A stretch of 64,000 nucleotides of DNA from Octopus vulgaris. Taxonomy: Eukaryota. The stretch spans positions 176,266,001 to 176,330,000 of the forward strand of contig OX597816.1 in the NCBI GenBank assembly GCA_951406725.2, given 5' to 3'. The notes beneath the pieces are model-generated. The model saw only the letters and a program-made list of their open reading frames with translations. It was not told the DNA's origin and ran no database searches. Shown here one piece after another: positions 29,832-42,112 of this stretch (positions are counted from its first letter, which is position 1; each line of letters begins with the position of its first letter). The position numbers were made by a program, and so were the translations under genes.

Positions 29832-30797
29832 TTTGTACATACAAAACAAAATTGCAAGGAATATGAATTCTGTTTTCATATATTTAATATGGTACCTGTG
29901 TCTTTATGAATAACTGCTTATGACTCACTGATTCAAATATCAGTAAGATATTCAGTTTTGTTTGAACAATCACTTAAACGACGACTTATTTCCTTTTATT
30001 ACCATATCATTCATAACAATTACTAGACAGCTGATAGTATTGAATCTTATCTCAGTTTTATAAATCATCTAGCAAGATGAGAGACATCATTTCCTTTGGG
30101 TAGAATACATAGAATACAAACTTATTGAAGTCAATTGTCATTTGAAAAGGTTAGCTTCTCACTGCAAATTAACAAAACCCTTTTCAATTGTACATAGAAG
30201 GGAAATTTGAAAACTTGAAGACTCAGAATAAATGTCTTACAATGTTTAGTTTTATTGCTACATTAGACTTTGCCATTCCTGTCTTCATGGTGTGTAGTAA
30301 GGTTTATTCGACTGACAAAGAACCTATGCTTTTCAATACCAACCATGCTTTTCACTGAAGATTTACTTGTCTGTGAAATATGACTCACAGCGGCACGAGT
30401 AACAAAAATGGAAAAAAAATTAATTTTAGGCTAGCAAGTTAATAATTCAGCTTGCTAAGATACTGATAAAGACTTGATTCTCTTTACTTTATCCACCAAT
30501 AAACTACACCTATTCATAGTACATTTTACTAGTTATATATTTGAACATGAATTCTTACAACCGAGGTCAGTAATAATTCAGTAATGATAGTTGCTTGTCA
30601 TTAATCACATGACAAGCAACTATCATTATGCAGATTAAGTACTGTGCCTGTACTGGTATTGAAGTTATTTCCATTTTTTATGACATTTTCTACCAATTCT
30701 TTAATTGTTCCTAGGTGTGCAATTGGTCAAGTAGTTTTGTAATATATTAAACATTTTAAATTTCATCCAATCCTCTCATTCCTTTCTTTAACCACAA

Positions 30798-31174
30798 CTA
30801 GCAGTATCGCCTAGCGTTGCTCAGGTTTGTAAGGGAAATAACTATAAAGCATTTTTAGAGAGTTATAGCCAAAAAATAGAAAAAAATGGGAAAAAAATTA
30901 TGGTAAATTTTTTTGAGAGTTAAAAAGGTCGAGTTGCGTCCCCTAGACAGTCTGTGGTTTGTGTTTCTGATTCTCGACCCCATGTCGAATTTATCGATTT
31001 TTTTCAGAACTGGGGGAACTTTTCAAAATTTTCGCTGCGTTACTTTTGAATTATGACATTGGGCTATGTGTGTGTCAAGTTTCATCAGAATCGGTTGAAA
31101 GCCGTGGTCAGGGTGAGGGTACAACCTGACAGACACACAGACAGACAAACTGCCGTTTATATAGAGAGAGAAGA
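30798..31174 (-). mobile_element. Non-autonomous Helitron, inverted near-identical copy of 29460-29831
   Basis: Reverse-complement match along the whole length; CTAG at 30798-30801. Confidence 0.85.
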
Positions 31175-31433
31175 TTACTTCTCATCAGATTTTCTAAAAG
31201 TTCCAAACCATGAATAGCTAATCTATCATTTTTTTTAGTAATCTCATTATTGACATACATTAGCTGTATAATTATAATCCTCACTACAATTATAATCCTC
31301 CAACAGTTCAGGTACATCATAGTTATTCTGGTATATATGCAGATTGTCTTTTGAATAATTGTTTCTCTTCACCTAAGATACCAAATTAAATAATTGCTAA
31401 TAAAGTCATTTATTTGAAAATTTATCCATTTTA

Positions 31434-31470
<37 letters not shown>

Positions 31471-31543
31471 CAGTTTTCTTTTATTTACATGTCATTTCTT
31501 CTACTTCATAACATTCTCAAAGGAGTTACTTCTATTTGCAACA

Positions 31544-31704
31544 GGCGCAGGAGTGGCTGTGTGGTAAGTAGCTTGCTAACCAACCACATGGTTCCGGGTT
31601 CAGTCCCACTGCGTGGCATCTTGGGCAAGTGTCTTCTGCTATAGCCCCGGCCGACCAATGCCTTGTGAGTGGATTTGGTAGACGGAAACTGAAAGAAGCC
31701 TGTC

Positions 31705-31762
<58 letters not shown>

Positions 31763-32005
31763 ATGTATGTGTGTGTGTGTGTGTTGTGTGTCTATGTTTG
31801 TTCCCCTAGCATTGCTTGATAACCAATACTGGTGTGTTTATGTCCCCGTCACTTAGCGGTTCGGCAAAAAGAGACCGATAGAATAAGTACTGGGCTTACA
31901 AAAAGAATAAGTCCCGGGGTCGATTTGCTCGACTAAAGGCGGTGCTCCAGCATGGCCGCAGTCAAATGACTGAAACAAGTAAAAGAGTAAAAGAGAGTAA
32001 GAGTA
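31544..32005 (+). mobile_element. tRNA-derived SINE, family A
   Basis: Full copy; tail aagtaaaagagtaaaagagagtaagagta. Confidence 0.93.
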
Positions 32006-32091
32006 TATAATTTCAAATAGTAACTCAAAATATTTACTGAAACATGTCCTAAACAATCCCATTTTACAATCCAAAGCATATGAGAAGTCAG

Positions 32092-32701
32092 CAATAATAA
32101 TAATAAACATTGTGTACAGTGCTCAGGTGCACTACAACTCATCTAAAGTGTATATATAATCAGGTGTAGTTTCGACGGATTTCGGGAAGCATGAGGGCCT
32201 TAAAGGATGCAGTATCATGGCAGTCAACAACTGATGCAGGCAGTTTATTCCACGCTTCAGCAACCCTGAGCGTGAAAAAATGTTTCCGAAAGTCATGGGA
32301 GCTGTGCTGTTTTCTGACTTTGTAGGCATGTCCACGTGTGTTAGACACATGGAGATCAAAAAGGTGTTCAGTGTTGTTGTTGGTGAGGTGGTTGGTCCGT
32401 CGCCAGACGCCGGAGCTTCAGTGAATCCATGCCCAGGGAAACAAGGCGCTCAGAATATGGTAGGTGTCTGATGGAGGGTATGCGTTTGGTTGCACGTCTC
32501 TGGACAGATTCCAGGAGGTCAATGTTCTGAGCAAGATAGGGATTCCAAACTGATGATGCGAATTCCAAGTGTGGTCGTACCATAGCTGTATACAGTTTTA
32601 AATAGATGGCTGGAGAGCGGCTAACAAAAGACCTGCTGAGTGATGCCAAGACACCCTCGGCCTTCTTGACAATTTTAGAGATATGCTTTGTCCAACGCAA
32701 T
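32092..32701 (-). mobile_element. 3' fragment of a second CR1/L2-group LINE family
   Basis: ORF 32368-32700 (LYTAMVRPHLEFASSVWNPY...LESVQRRATK) and 32160-32348 (TRGHAYK...FFTLRVAEAWNKLP). (TTA)n tail on the minus strand. Confidence 0.88.
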
Positions 32702-32890
32702 ACCAGTTATAATTCATGTTTCAGACTGATTACTTTGTATGAGTAAATGTAATATACACTAGCTGTTTACTCATTTTATAACAGGTTAGTATTATTTACT
32801 GTGATGTTGCAGTGTTGTATAGCGAATAAGTATGTTGAAGAACTTTATTAAAAATCAAAGTTCTGAGTCTAAACTTAGATAAAGAATATA

Positions 32891-33111
32891 TACTCTTTTT
32901 TACTCTTTTACTTGTTTCAGTCATTTGACTGCAGCCATGCTGGAGCACCGCCTTTAGTTGAGCAAATCGACCCCCAGGACTTATTCTTTTGTAAGCCCAG
33001 AACTTATTCTATCGGTCTCTTTTGCCGAACCGCTAAGTAACGGGGACATAAACACACCAGCATTGGCTGTCAAGCAATGCTAGGGGGACAAACACAGACA
33101 CACAAACACAT

Positions 33112-33142
<31 letters not shown>

Positions 33143-33305
33143 CGACGGGCTTCTTTCAGTTTCCGTCTACCAAATCCACTCACAAGGCTTTGGTCGACCC
33201 GAGGCTATAGTAGAAGACACTTGGCCAAGGTGCCATGCAGTGGGACTGAACCCGGAACCATGTGGTTGGTTAGCAAGCTACTTACCACACAGCCACTCCT
33301 GTGCC
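32891..33305 (-). mobile_element. tRNA-derived SINE, family A
   Basis: Full copy; the tail appears on + as a repeated tactc(t)n unit running into acttgtttcagtc. Confidence 0.93.
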
Positions 33306-33859
33306 TAATATATAGAAAATTAGTGAATTTATAAACCATTTTCAAAGATAAAATTGTAAAGTTTAGATAATGAATGTAAAAATAAAAACTAAAGACAGTT
33401 GAAACAATGATTTAGAAATTTAAAATAACCCGAGAAAGATTAATTTAATAATCTTGAAAATCCAAAATGTTCTATGTAATAACTAATTTCAAATGTATAT
33501 ATTTATAAGTTTGCCACCGTTGTTCATTGTTATTTTACACATGCTAAAAAAAAAATGAATGTTTCAAAGTTTCTTTTCATGCTATTTCTTTATACTTCCA
33601 CAAGATACTATAACAAAATTGTAGGATAGTACACTAATGAAGGAAATTTTAGTCTCATTTGAACATAAGTATTGCAAATAATGGCTTGTCAAACAAATTC
33701 ATTCATTTCTTTCCAATGTCATTTGAATTAATTCAAAAATATTTTTTATCATGGTGTTTTATGTTTTTGTTTTCTAGTTTTATTCTTCCTCTGCAGCTTT
33801 TGTTGAGTGTTTTCAAAATTTGTATAAATTTTATCTCTTGTCAGATATATAACAATGGA

Positions 33860-34855
33860 GTGTTAAGTAGAAAAAAAATTAGCATTTTTGATATCTGCTT
33901 TTCTTTGCTTTCAATCAGAGTACCAAAGTTGCCTATGACATTTGTGCTGTGTATGGGGAAGTGGCTGTTATTGAAAGAACTGCACTGAAATGGTTTGCAT
34001 GCTCCAAGTGGGGAGAAATTCACCCTCACAGGCTCCATGTTCTGGCTGACCTACACAGTTCAATGAGGATTGATTAAGCAAGCTCATCCATGAGGATCTG
34101 CACCAGTCCCTTTGGGAATTGACCCAGCAGATGGATGTGCTCCTGATACTGCTGCCTGTTACCTTCACTCATGGAGTAAAGTCCAAAAACTCAGTGCATG
34201 GAGCTACACACTGAACAAAATACAAATTCCAGCACTCCTCTATTGCTGCCTGTTTGCTCACTTGACACCAAGCTACTTGTGGACACAGATCACATCATCA
34301 CTGGCAATGAAAAATAGTGTCTTTACTTCAATAATGAAACAGAGAGAATAGCCGAGTCCCAACAAGCAAGCAGCTCCTCAAGCCAAGCCAGAGCTGCCTC
34401 CTACATTTGATGGGGTTGAGAAATGCTAATCCACTACAAACTGCTTAGCAACAACAACACAATCAATGCAAAGTTTCATGTCTAGCTGAAACAACCTAGC
34501 TGGCTTCTTCAATGTGCTTCTTCAATGTAGCAATGACCACTATGATATTGCTAATTTGATCAAAGATGCTGTTCAAGAGCTCGGTTGGGAAGTTCTACCA
34601 CACCACCATAATCTCTTGATATAATGCTTTCAGATTATCACCTATTCCAGTTACTCTCCAGCAGTCTATGAGTATTATTCAATAATGATGGAGCTTAAAA
34701 CATGGTGTGATGAATTGAGTCAAGATCTGGCAACTTCTATCATCAAGGCATTGAAAAGCTTGGGAAACGTTGGCAGGAAGTCATTGACTAAAAAAAATAT
34801 TAAATGCAAAATGAGGATTAAAATAAAATTTAAAAAATTAGGACAACCAAATAGT
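33860..34855 (+). mobile_element. Highly decayed mariner (DD34D-like) transposon
   Basis: Remnants ICAVYGE (~33940), IITGNEK*CLY (~34290-34326) and EVLPH..SLDIMLSDYHLF (~34590-34647), matching mariner TGDEKW and HPPYSPDLAPSDYHLF. Ends approximate. Confidence 0.75.
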
Positions 34856-35289
34856 TATTTTAGTGTACATCATACATTGATATGTAACGTTATTTTTTTT
34901 GATATATTTATGAATATGTATCTAATATTGCAAAGTATTTCTTTTATACTTTCAGGTTTGAGTATTCACCTTTCAGTGAACATCTAATTATGTACAAATA
35001 CACTCATACAAAATATAGATACATTCGGAGTAATTGAGTAGCATACAAGAGGCTTTATTTCCTATTTCCTGTAGCAAATTTATCCCTCATTTATCATGGC
35101 AAGTAAGGTCACCTTCCTCTATGCATGACCACTGGTGTTTGTAAATGGCTTTTTTCGTATTTGTGTCTTCAACATGTCCATTTAATAAAATTCCCTTTGA
35201 TATGAATGATTTTTGAAATGCTTGTGATGTAGATGTGTGTGTGTGTGTACACACACACAGACACACTCTCACACGCACACACACTCTTA

Positions 35290-35530
35290 CATCATTTCAG
35301 TCCATTTTCAATACTAGCACAGGTTGGATTTCATTATGATCTGAGTCAGTTCTTGTTCTGAGTTACTGTCATCATACTGGGGTAGGCAAGGTTTCTACTT
35401 CTGCTCATCGCACATCACAGTTCTGGCTTGATTTTTATTGCTGGATACCTTACTAACACCAACCATTTTGCAGAGTGTTCTCAATGTATTTTCTTATGAC
35501 ACCAGCAATAGAAAGGTTGTCAAGTTTCTG
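35290..35530 (-). mobile_element. Old RTE 3'-end remnant
   Basis: Diverged match to the RTE tail (gctggataccttactaacaccaaccattttgcagagtg). Confidence 0.5.
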
Positions 35531-35954
35531 GCAATTTCATTTGCAAATTGCATTCAGGTCTTTCTGTAGTTTTGTGTATTGATCAAGGCTCTTGACTGCT
35601 TATGATACTTTTGTATTGCCAGCTGAGCTGGTGAGAGTGTCTAGCTGAATAACTGACTGCATATCTGAGAGTCACTACGAACAGTAGTGTTTCTGGTACA
35701 GTTGTTTTCTAAGGGTATCCACTCTGAAATGATGTTCCCTTGAAAAGAGCACATGTGGCTGTAACTGTCTGACTATCATCTTCTAAAAGACATGCAGCTA
35801 CTCTCCTAGTCTTCTATGTCAAAGCCATGAAGTTTCTGACATATAATTCTGCAATCAACTTTATCAAAAGCCTTGGCACCTGACAATCTGCTTCAACAAA
35901 TTTCATGCATATTGGTACTTGTCTGTCTGTGTATTGATATATATATTTTAATGT

Positions 35955-37370
35955 GTTTGTTTTTGTTGATTTCAACCAAAGGCTGCATCCATTCTAGTGT
36001 ATGCTTCCTGGCTTTCTGGAATTGGTCCTGGTAGAGAAGTGAGTTAAATAGAGTTGCTCTTCCTTGTGTTCCCTGCTGTAATGTGGGTTCATCTTGTTCC
36101 TCAGATAAAAATTTGTCCAAATATTTTTTGAAACAGCCACATATTCACCTCAGAGATCTCTGAGGTTGTTTGGCAGAATGTTGGAAAGTTGTGGGCCTTT
36201 GAAACCCAAGCTTTTACAATACTGTGTCCTTACTCTTGATAGAGAGAACAATGTCTTTGATACAATGCAGTGGAGTCTGGTTCAAAGGTAGGTTGGTATG
36301 GTTGGGAGCTAGACCTTCCAGATCTTCCAAATATATGTGTGCCCTCTCTTGATGAAACAGTCTTCTAGTTCTTGCCTCGCCTAGTGGCTTGTCTGTTAGA
36401 GCAAATCAATCTTCTTGGTGTAGTGGTATTGGATTGCCTTGAGTTCCACAGTTAGACCAACACTTTGTGGCAACTACAGTTGGCAGCTGAGGGAACATTT
36501 TTTCTATAAGAGTAGCATGGTATCCTTTTTCTTGGTTCTGAATGACCTCAAAACCCAGCCAGCCACTCAGCTGCACATCATCATCATCGTTTAACGTCCG
36601 CTTTTCCATGCTGGCATGGGTTGGACGGTTCGACCGGGGATCTGGGAAGCTAGAAGGCTGCACCAGGCTCCGGTCTTATCTGGCAATGTTTCTACAGTTG
36701 GATGCCCTTCCTAACGCCAACCACTCCATGAGTGTAGTGGGTGCTTTTTACGTGCCACCTGCACTGGTGCCAGGCGAGGCTGGCATCGGCCACGGTCGGA
36801 TTGGTGCATTTTACGTGCCACCTGCACGGAAGCCAGTCGAGGCGGCATTGGCTTCGGCCACGATTCGGATGGTGCTTTTTACGTGCCACCGACACGGAAG
36901 CCAGTCGAGGCGGCATTGGCTTCGGCCACGATTCGGATGGTGCTTTTTACGTGCCACCGACACGGAAGCCAGTCGAGGCGGCATTGGCTTCGGCCACGAT
37001 TCGGATGGTGCTTTTTACGTGCCACCGACATTGTTGCCATTTTAGTAATATGCACATGGAATGCTGAATCATTACTTATGTGTCTTCCCAGGTCATGCAC
37101 CTTCTATAACTCTTGAATTGTCCTACCTATTGGGCATTTTGATGCACACACACACACACACACCGACACGTGTGTGTGTGTGTGTATATTCTCTTCTATT
37201 TCTTTCAGCTACATTTTCATTAATCCTCCTTTAATAGTTGGTATTTGGTGAATGAAGGAATGATGTTGCTGGCCTCATTTGCAGTTCTTGAAGTTGGTTT
37301 ATTTGGGATTCTTGATAGCAGGATTTAGTTCTCTTTTGAAGGCATCTGCATCCATCCCATCTATGCCTAT
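35955..37370 (-). mobile_element. Old CR1-group LINE 3' part, related to 18345-22112, interrupted by an RTE tail
   Basis: MDKFLSEEQDEPT...NSLLYQ (35893-36120) resembles LDLFLSGVPDEQT...NSLMHQ. HDLGRHISNDSAFHVHITKMA (~37030-37100) resembles RDLGIYMSNDANFQVHVVKLA. Confidence 0.75.
36575..37030 (-). mobile_element. Young RTE 3'-UTR insertion containing a 68-bp tandem repeat
   Basis: (CAT)n tail at 36575. Three essentially identical 68-bp units start at 36827, 36895 and 36963. CpG-rich. Confidence 0.85.
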
Positions 37371-37380
37371 ATTTATACTT

Positions 37381-38701
37381 TTATACACACACACACACAC
37401 ACATCTTTGCATCTTTGCATCTGCATTATGCATTTTGTTAGTGTTTGAATATGTACTCATATTTGGGGAGTTTCACATTCCTTTCATATGTTCTGACATC
37501 CAACTTGGTTCCTGGGATTATTCCTGGGGTTTTAAAGTCATGGAGTTGTGGGTTCATAAATTTGTGCATATTGTGTGGTGTCATGGATATGTGTGATGCC
37601 TATATATTTGTGTAATGAAGGACACTCAGCACAAGTTTATAGGAGCATGTATCTTTTATGCATAAAGTTCATATAATTGCTTTTCAGAGTAAAAAAAAAT
37701 TATCCAGGTTGCAGATGGGGCAGTGGTAAAGTTGGTGGTGTGTCCTGCTTGAAATTTTAGATTGCAAACTGTTACTTATGCATGGAGGAGAGATCTTATC
37801 TCTAATATTTAAAATATTTGCATTTGACGTAATAATGTTGAACTTATCTGTGATGTAAAATTTACATTTGCTAACCTGTCCCCTGTATTTGTTGGCCTTA
37901 GTAATAATGCTCTAGTTTATTCATTTCCTGTCTTTCAGTGTCCATACCATATTAGATAGGGATGTTGCGTGTTGTTTATTTTTGTCTCTGAACAAAGCCA
38001 AATGTTGCATATACCTTTCTTTGAGGGTCATTCCTGTTTTAGTTACTCCATTCAGATCTGTAATCTTTCTCCTGGCACCTGGTGTTCAGGGGACAGCCAT
38101 GCAGAGATCTACAATTACATACTCTTTGGGGGATATTCCTAATATTATTTTTACTGTGGTTGAATATAATTGACCCTATTTCTATTGAAGATTTTATAGT
38201 ATTTATGTGAGTGTGAGAAGTGGTTATCTATTGATTTTAGGAATTTTCTAGCTATGTTAGTGGCTACATTCTATATGGGGTAGTGTACCATAAAGTTTTC
38301 CTCTGCCTGCTTCTTCTTGCTCTATCAATATAGTTTGTTATTCTTTCTAAAGCGATGTTGTAGGATGGGGTAGCTTTTTCAAAAGAGGCTGTATCAGAGG
38401 ATAGGTTGGGACCACACCTGCTAATGTTATCAACATGTTTTTATGATTGAGGGTGGGTAATTGGAGCCTATGTTGATGTATGATATATCCTTATTTGGTT
38501 TATGATAGGGTTTAAATATATGGGAATCACATATCCATGACACCACACAATGTACGTAGATTTATGAACCTACAACTCTACGAGCTTACAATCCCAGGAA
38601 GCAAGCTGGATGTTAAAATATGTGAAAGGAATGTGAAACTACACATTTATGAGTACACATCCAAACATGAACAACATTCAGATGCAAAGAAGGGTGTATA
38701 A
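37381..38701 (-). mobile_element. Decayed Penelope-like element (C-terminal part) bounded by ~200-bp inverted repeats
   Basis: Minus strand ~38170-38290 reads WYTTPY..VATNIARKFLKSIDNHFSHSHKYYKIFNRNRV, typical of the PLE RT-to-GIY-YIG linker. Inverted arms at 37381-37610 and 38514-38701 fit an inverted pseudo-LTR. Confidence 0.7.
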
Positions 38702-39720
38702 ACATGTGTGCATATTTTTGTGTGTTTGTGTGTGCATGTACATAGATGTATATGTCTGCGTAAGCGTATAACACCAAATGATTTACAGAATGAATATTGC
38801 ACAAACTTCTGCATAAATAAACATACAATCTTATGAATTTACAATGATATGTGAAAAATGTGAAACTTCGCAATCGGGTAGACACATGCATGTAAATATG
38901 GACTGCTTAGTGCACATATTAAATATGCATAATGGTGGTATGGTTATGTGTGTGTATGAACATATTTATAAAATTTAAACTCAAACTTAACAGAAGGGAG
39001 ATAATAATTTGGGAGTTGTTCCCACTTGAGACATGTATTTGTTTACTCAAATCTCGTATGATCTCTTGTGATTTTGTTTTTATAGAAGATGGAAATGAAC
39101 ACCAACGTGTCATGTGGCAGTCTTTAGTGTTATTGAAAGATATCTCTCTCAACATGAAACCAATGGTATTTTGGTTATCCCATGAATGATGTATGTTCCA
39201 GCATGGCTAATAACATGATTGAAAAACGTAAAAGAATATATATATATATATATATGTAATATGCAATAATTATAATGATAGAAAATATGGAGACTGGTAC
39301 ATTGTCAAAATTGATTTCCTTTTATTTCACAACATCATACAGCATATTTTGATAGTTATGACAACTTATATGTGTTTCCGATCCACAAAGTATGAGCAGT
39401 TGCATATGGAACCAGGCATACTCTTCTGTGCAACTTCATTCAGGGTCTTTCAACCAGCTTGGTTCAAAGCAAACTAGAACTATTGTATAGTGATCTTGTT
39501 CACTGTGGAGCAGTTATCTTCCTTGTCAGTGAATGAAAATGTGCTTTCTTGTTGCTCTAAGTGTTTTTAACTCTTATTTCTAGCAGTGTAAGTGCTACCC
39601 TGCACACTCAGTCACTGTCAGTGACAATTGTGAGTGTATATATATATATATATATATATCTGTATCACTAGCGATTTTTTTCCCCCTGTCCTCCCTTCTC
39701 TGGATCTTTCCTTCTCCTAT

Positions 39721-39755
39721 GTTTCCGACGAAGAGCTCAGCCCGAAACGTTAAAC
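39721..39755 (+). ncRNA. Minimal type I hammerhead ribozyme-like motif (variant core) in a repeat at ~39600-39850
   Basis: gttt-CCGACGA-a-gagc-tca-gccc-GAAA-cg-TT-aaac: stem I gttt/aaac, short stem II, loopless palindromic stem III. U4 is C in this copy. Confidence 0.55.
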
Positions 39756-39848
39756 CCTCCTTCTTTCCTTCTTTCCTGAGCGTCCAATAATACTTTATTT
39801 GTTCCACGTCCTTGCGTTGTTATTTTTTTGTTTTCTTGTTTTGGATTA

Positions 39849-39895
<47 letters not shown>

Positions 39896-40013
39896 ATGAC
39901 AAGGGTGTTAGAACAACTACATTGCTAGAAATAAGAGCTAAAAAGCTCTAATGCTCTAATTAAAGCACATGTAGGTTTTCTAACACCTTAGTCATATTTA
40001 ATGACTTTTATGA

Positions 40014-42112
40014 TATTGACCAATAAATTCTAACTTTTTTTCTACTGACCTAAGTTTGAGGCTTGTTTTGGGGTAATTTTGGGTCAATAAGTTTTAAAAT
40101 GGCAATAGTTTTTTTCTATCATGTTTAGTTAGTTGTCTATGGGTTGGCCCATATTGGCTCCACCTATAGCTCCATGTTTGAAATGTTTGAATTCCCCCGG
40201 CTTTTTTTTGTTTTATATGTGGGTGTTTTACTGTACCAAGTCAAAGAATAAACATTAGTGACATTGTAAAAAGATCCTACTTGGCTTATTTAAAAGATGA
40301 AAGTTGGTGATCAGGATAATTTGTGGGCCTGCACAATGTATGTAAATCCTATGTTGAAAATCTAAGCCAATGGACAAAGGGCACAAGGAAACAGCTAACA
40401 TTTGTCATTCCTGTGATATGGTGGGAGCCAAAGAACCCTGTAAATGATTGCTACTTTTGTCTCTCAAAGATTTCTTGTTATGGCAAGAAAACTTGACAGA
40501 AAATAAGTTACCCAAATCTGGATTCGGCAATTCATCCACTGATTCACTCAGATGAAATACCAGTACCCGTTTTCAATGATCTGCCTTCACTTCAAGGTGA
40601 AAGTGATGATATATAGGAAGTAGATATAAATCATGAACATGACAGTGGTATAGACTTTGTAGAAACATCAACCAAAGAATGTGAAAACTTCAACCAGGCA
40701 GAACTTAATGATTTAGTTAGAGACCTAAGACTGTCAAAAGAGTTAACAGAACTGTTAGCTTCTAGGCTTAAAGAGAAGAATTTGTTGCAGAAAGAAACAA
40801 ACATGACTTTTTATCAGAACAAGGGAAAATATCTCTTGGCATTCTTTACAACTGGAAAAGATTTTGTTTACTGTTGTGACGTGGCAGGACTGTTAAATAG
40901 ATAGTTCAAAGAAGAGTCTAATATGTGTATTACTCTATAATGGAAACTTGCTTGGTACACTTTCTATTGGTCAGTCTGTGCTCTTAAAAGAGAATTATGA
41001 TCACATAAAAGTTGTATTAAATTTACTTAAGTATGATGAACACAAATGGGTCACGTGTGTGGATTTAAAAATGGTCAACTTTTTACTTGGCCAACAAGGA
41101 GGTTATATAAAATATCTGTGTTTGCTGTGTTTATGGGATAGCCAAGTAAGACAAGCAATGAGAACAAAAACTCTGGCCAGTTAGGAAAAGTTTGACTGTT
41201 GGTAAGAAGAATATGATAAACCAACCACTTGTTGAGTGAGAGGGAATCATCTTTCCACCCCTTCATATTAAACTAGGACTAATGAAGTGATCTATAAAAG
41301 CTCTCAATGTGAAAGGTAACTGTTTCAAATTCCTATGTACATTTCCTGGCCTAAGTTATGATAAAATAACAGCTGGTGTTTTTGATGGGCCACAAATCAG
41401 AAAGTTAATGAAATGCCAGAATTTCTCAAGCTTGATGGCTGACATAGAAAAAAGAGCATGGGATTCATTTGTGACTGTTGTGAAAGGATTTTGTGGGGAG
41501 TGAAAAGGCTGCAAACTACAAGGATTTGGTGGAGACATTATTTGTTAGCTTTCATCTTTTAGACTGCAGCATGAGCATAAAGCTTCATTTCCTCAATAGC
41601 CATCTTGATGAATTTCCTGCTAATCTCAGAGACATGAGCAATGAGGATGGTGAGCGTTTTCATCAAACAGGATTATAGAGGAGAGAGATTAAGGCCAATG
41701 GAACACACACATGATGGCAGACTACTGTTGGAGTATTCAGAGACTGTGTAGACCTGAATTACTCCACATGCTCTCGCAAGTGAAAATTTGTTTCATGAAT
41801 ATGAAGGTATATGTATGATGCTTTGTGCTTTATCCATCATATTAGAAAATTAACAGTATGTATTTAGTAAAACGTGATGCTATCTTACATTTCATATTCT
41901 ATTGATACAACTTAAGGTTTTAAGCTATAAGACTTAGTAAATTATCTTGACCAAGTAAATTATTTATACAGTACATCATAAAATAGGGGTGTGCTATAGA
42001 ATGAAATCCTGATGTGCTAAGAAAAAATGGATGTCATATTTGAAATCACCATCTCAAAATTAACTAAAAACAAGCAGAAAACCAAAGTCAGCAAAAAGTG
42101 TATTGACCAGTG
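40014..42112 (+). mobile_element. Chapaev3-type (CMC) DNA transposon, near full length, decayed
   Basis: Right end ...attgaccagtg (CAC...GTG-type terminus) with a degenerate left TIR at 40014. Transposase remnants GDQD, WEPKNPVNDCYFC, YPNLDSAI, CVDLKMVNFLLGQQGGYIKYLCLLCLWDS (C-x2-C), PLHIKLGLMK, GVFDGPQIR and KLHFLNSHL...GERFHQ (H-x4-H). Confidence 0.85.

Noticed and set aside
36827-37030. 68-bp repeats (and the ~100-bp repeats at 48128-48625) as CRISPR arrays
   Set aside because: They are head-to-tail units without unique spacers, inside eukaryotic transposons.
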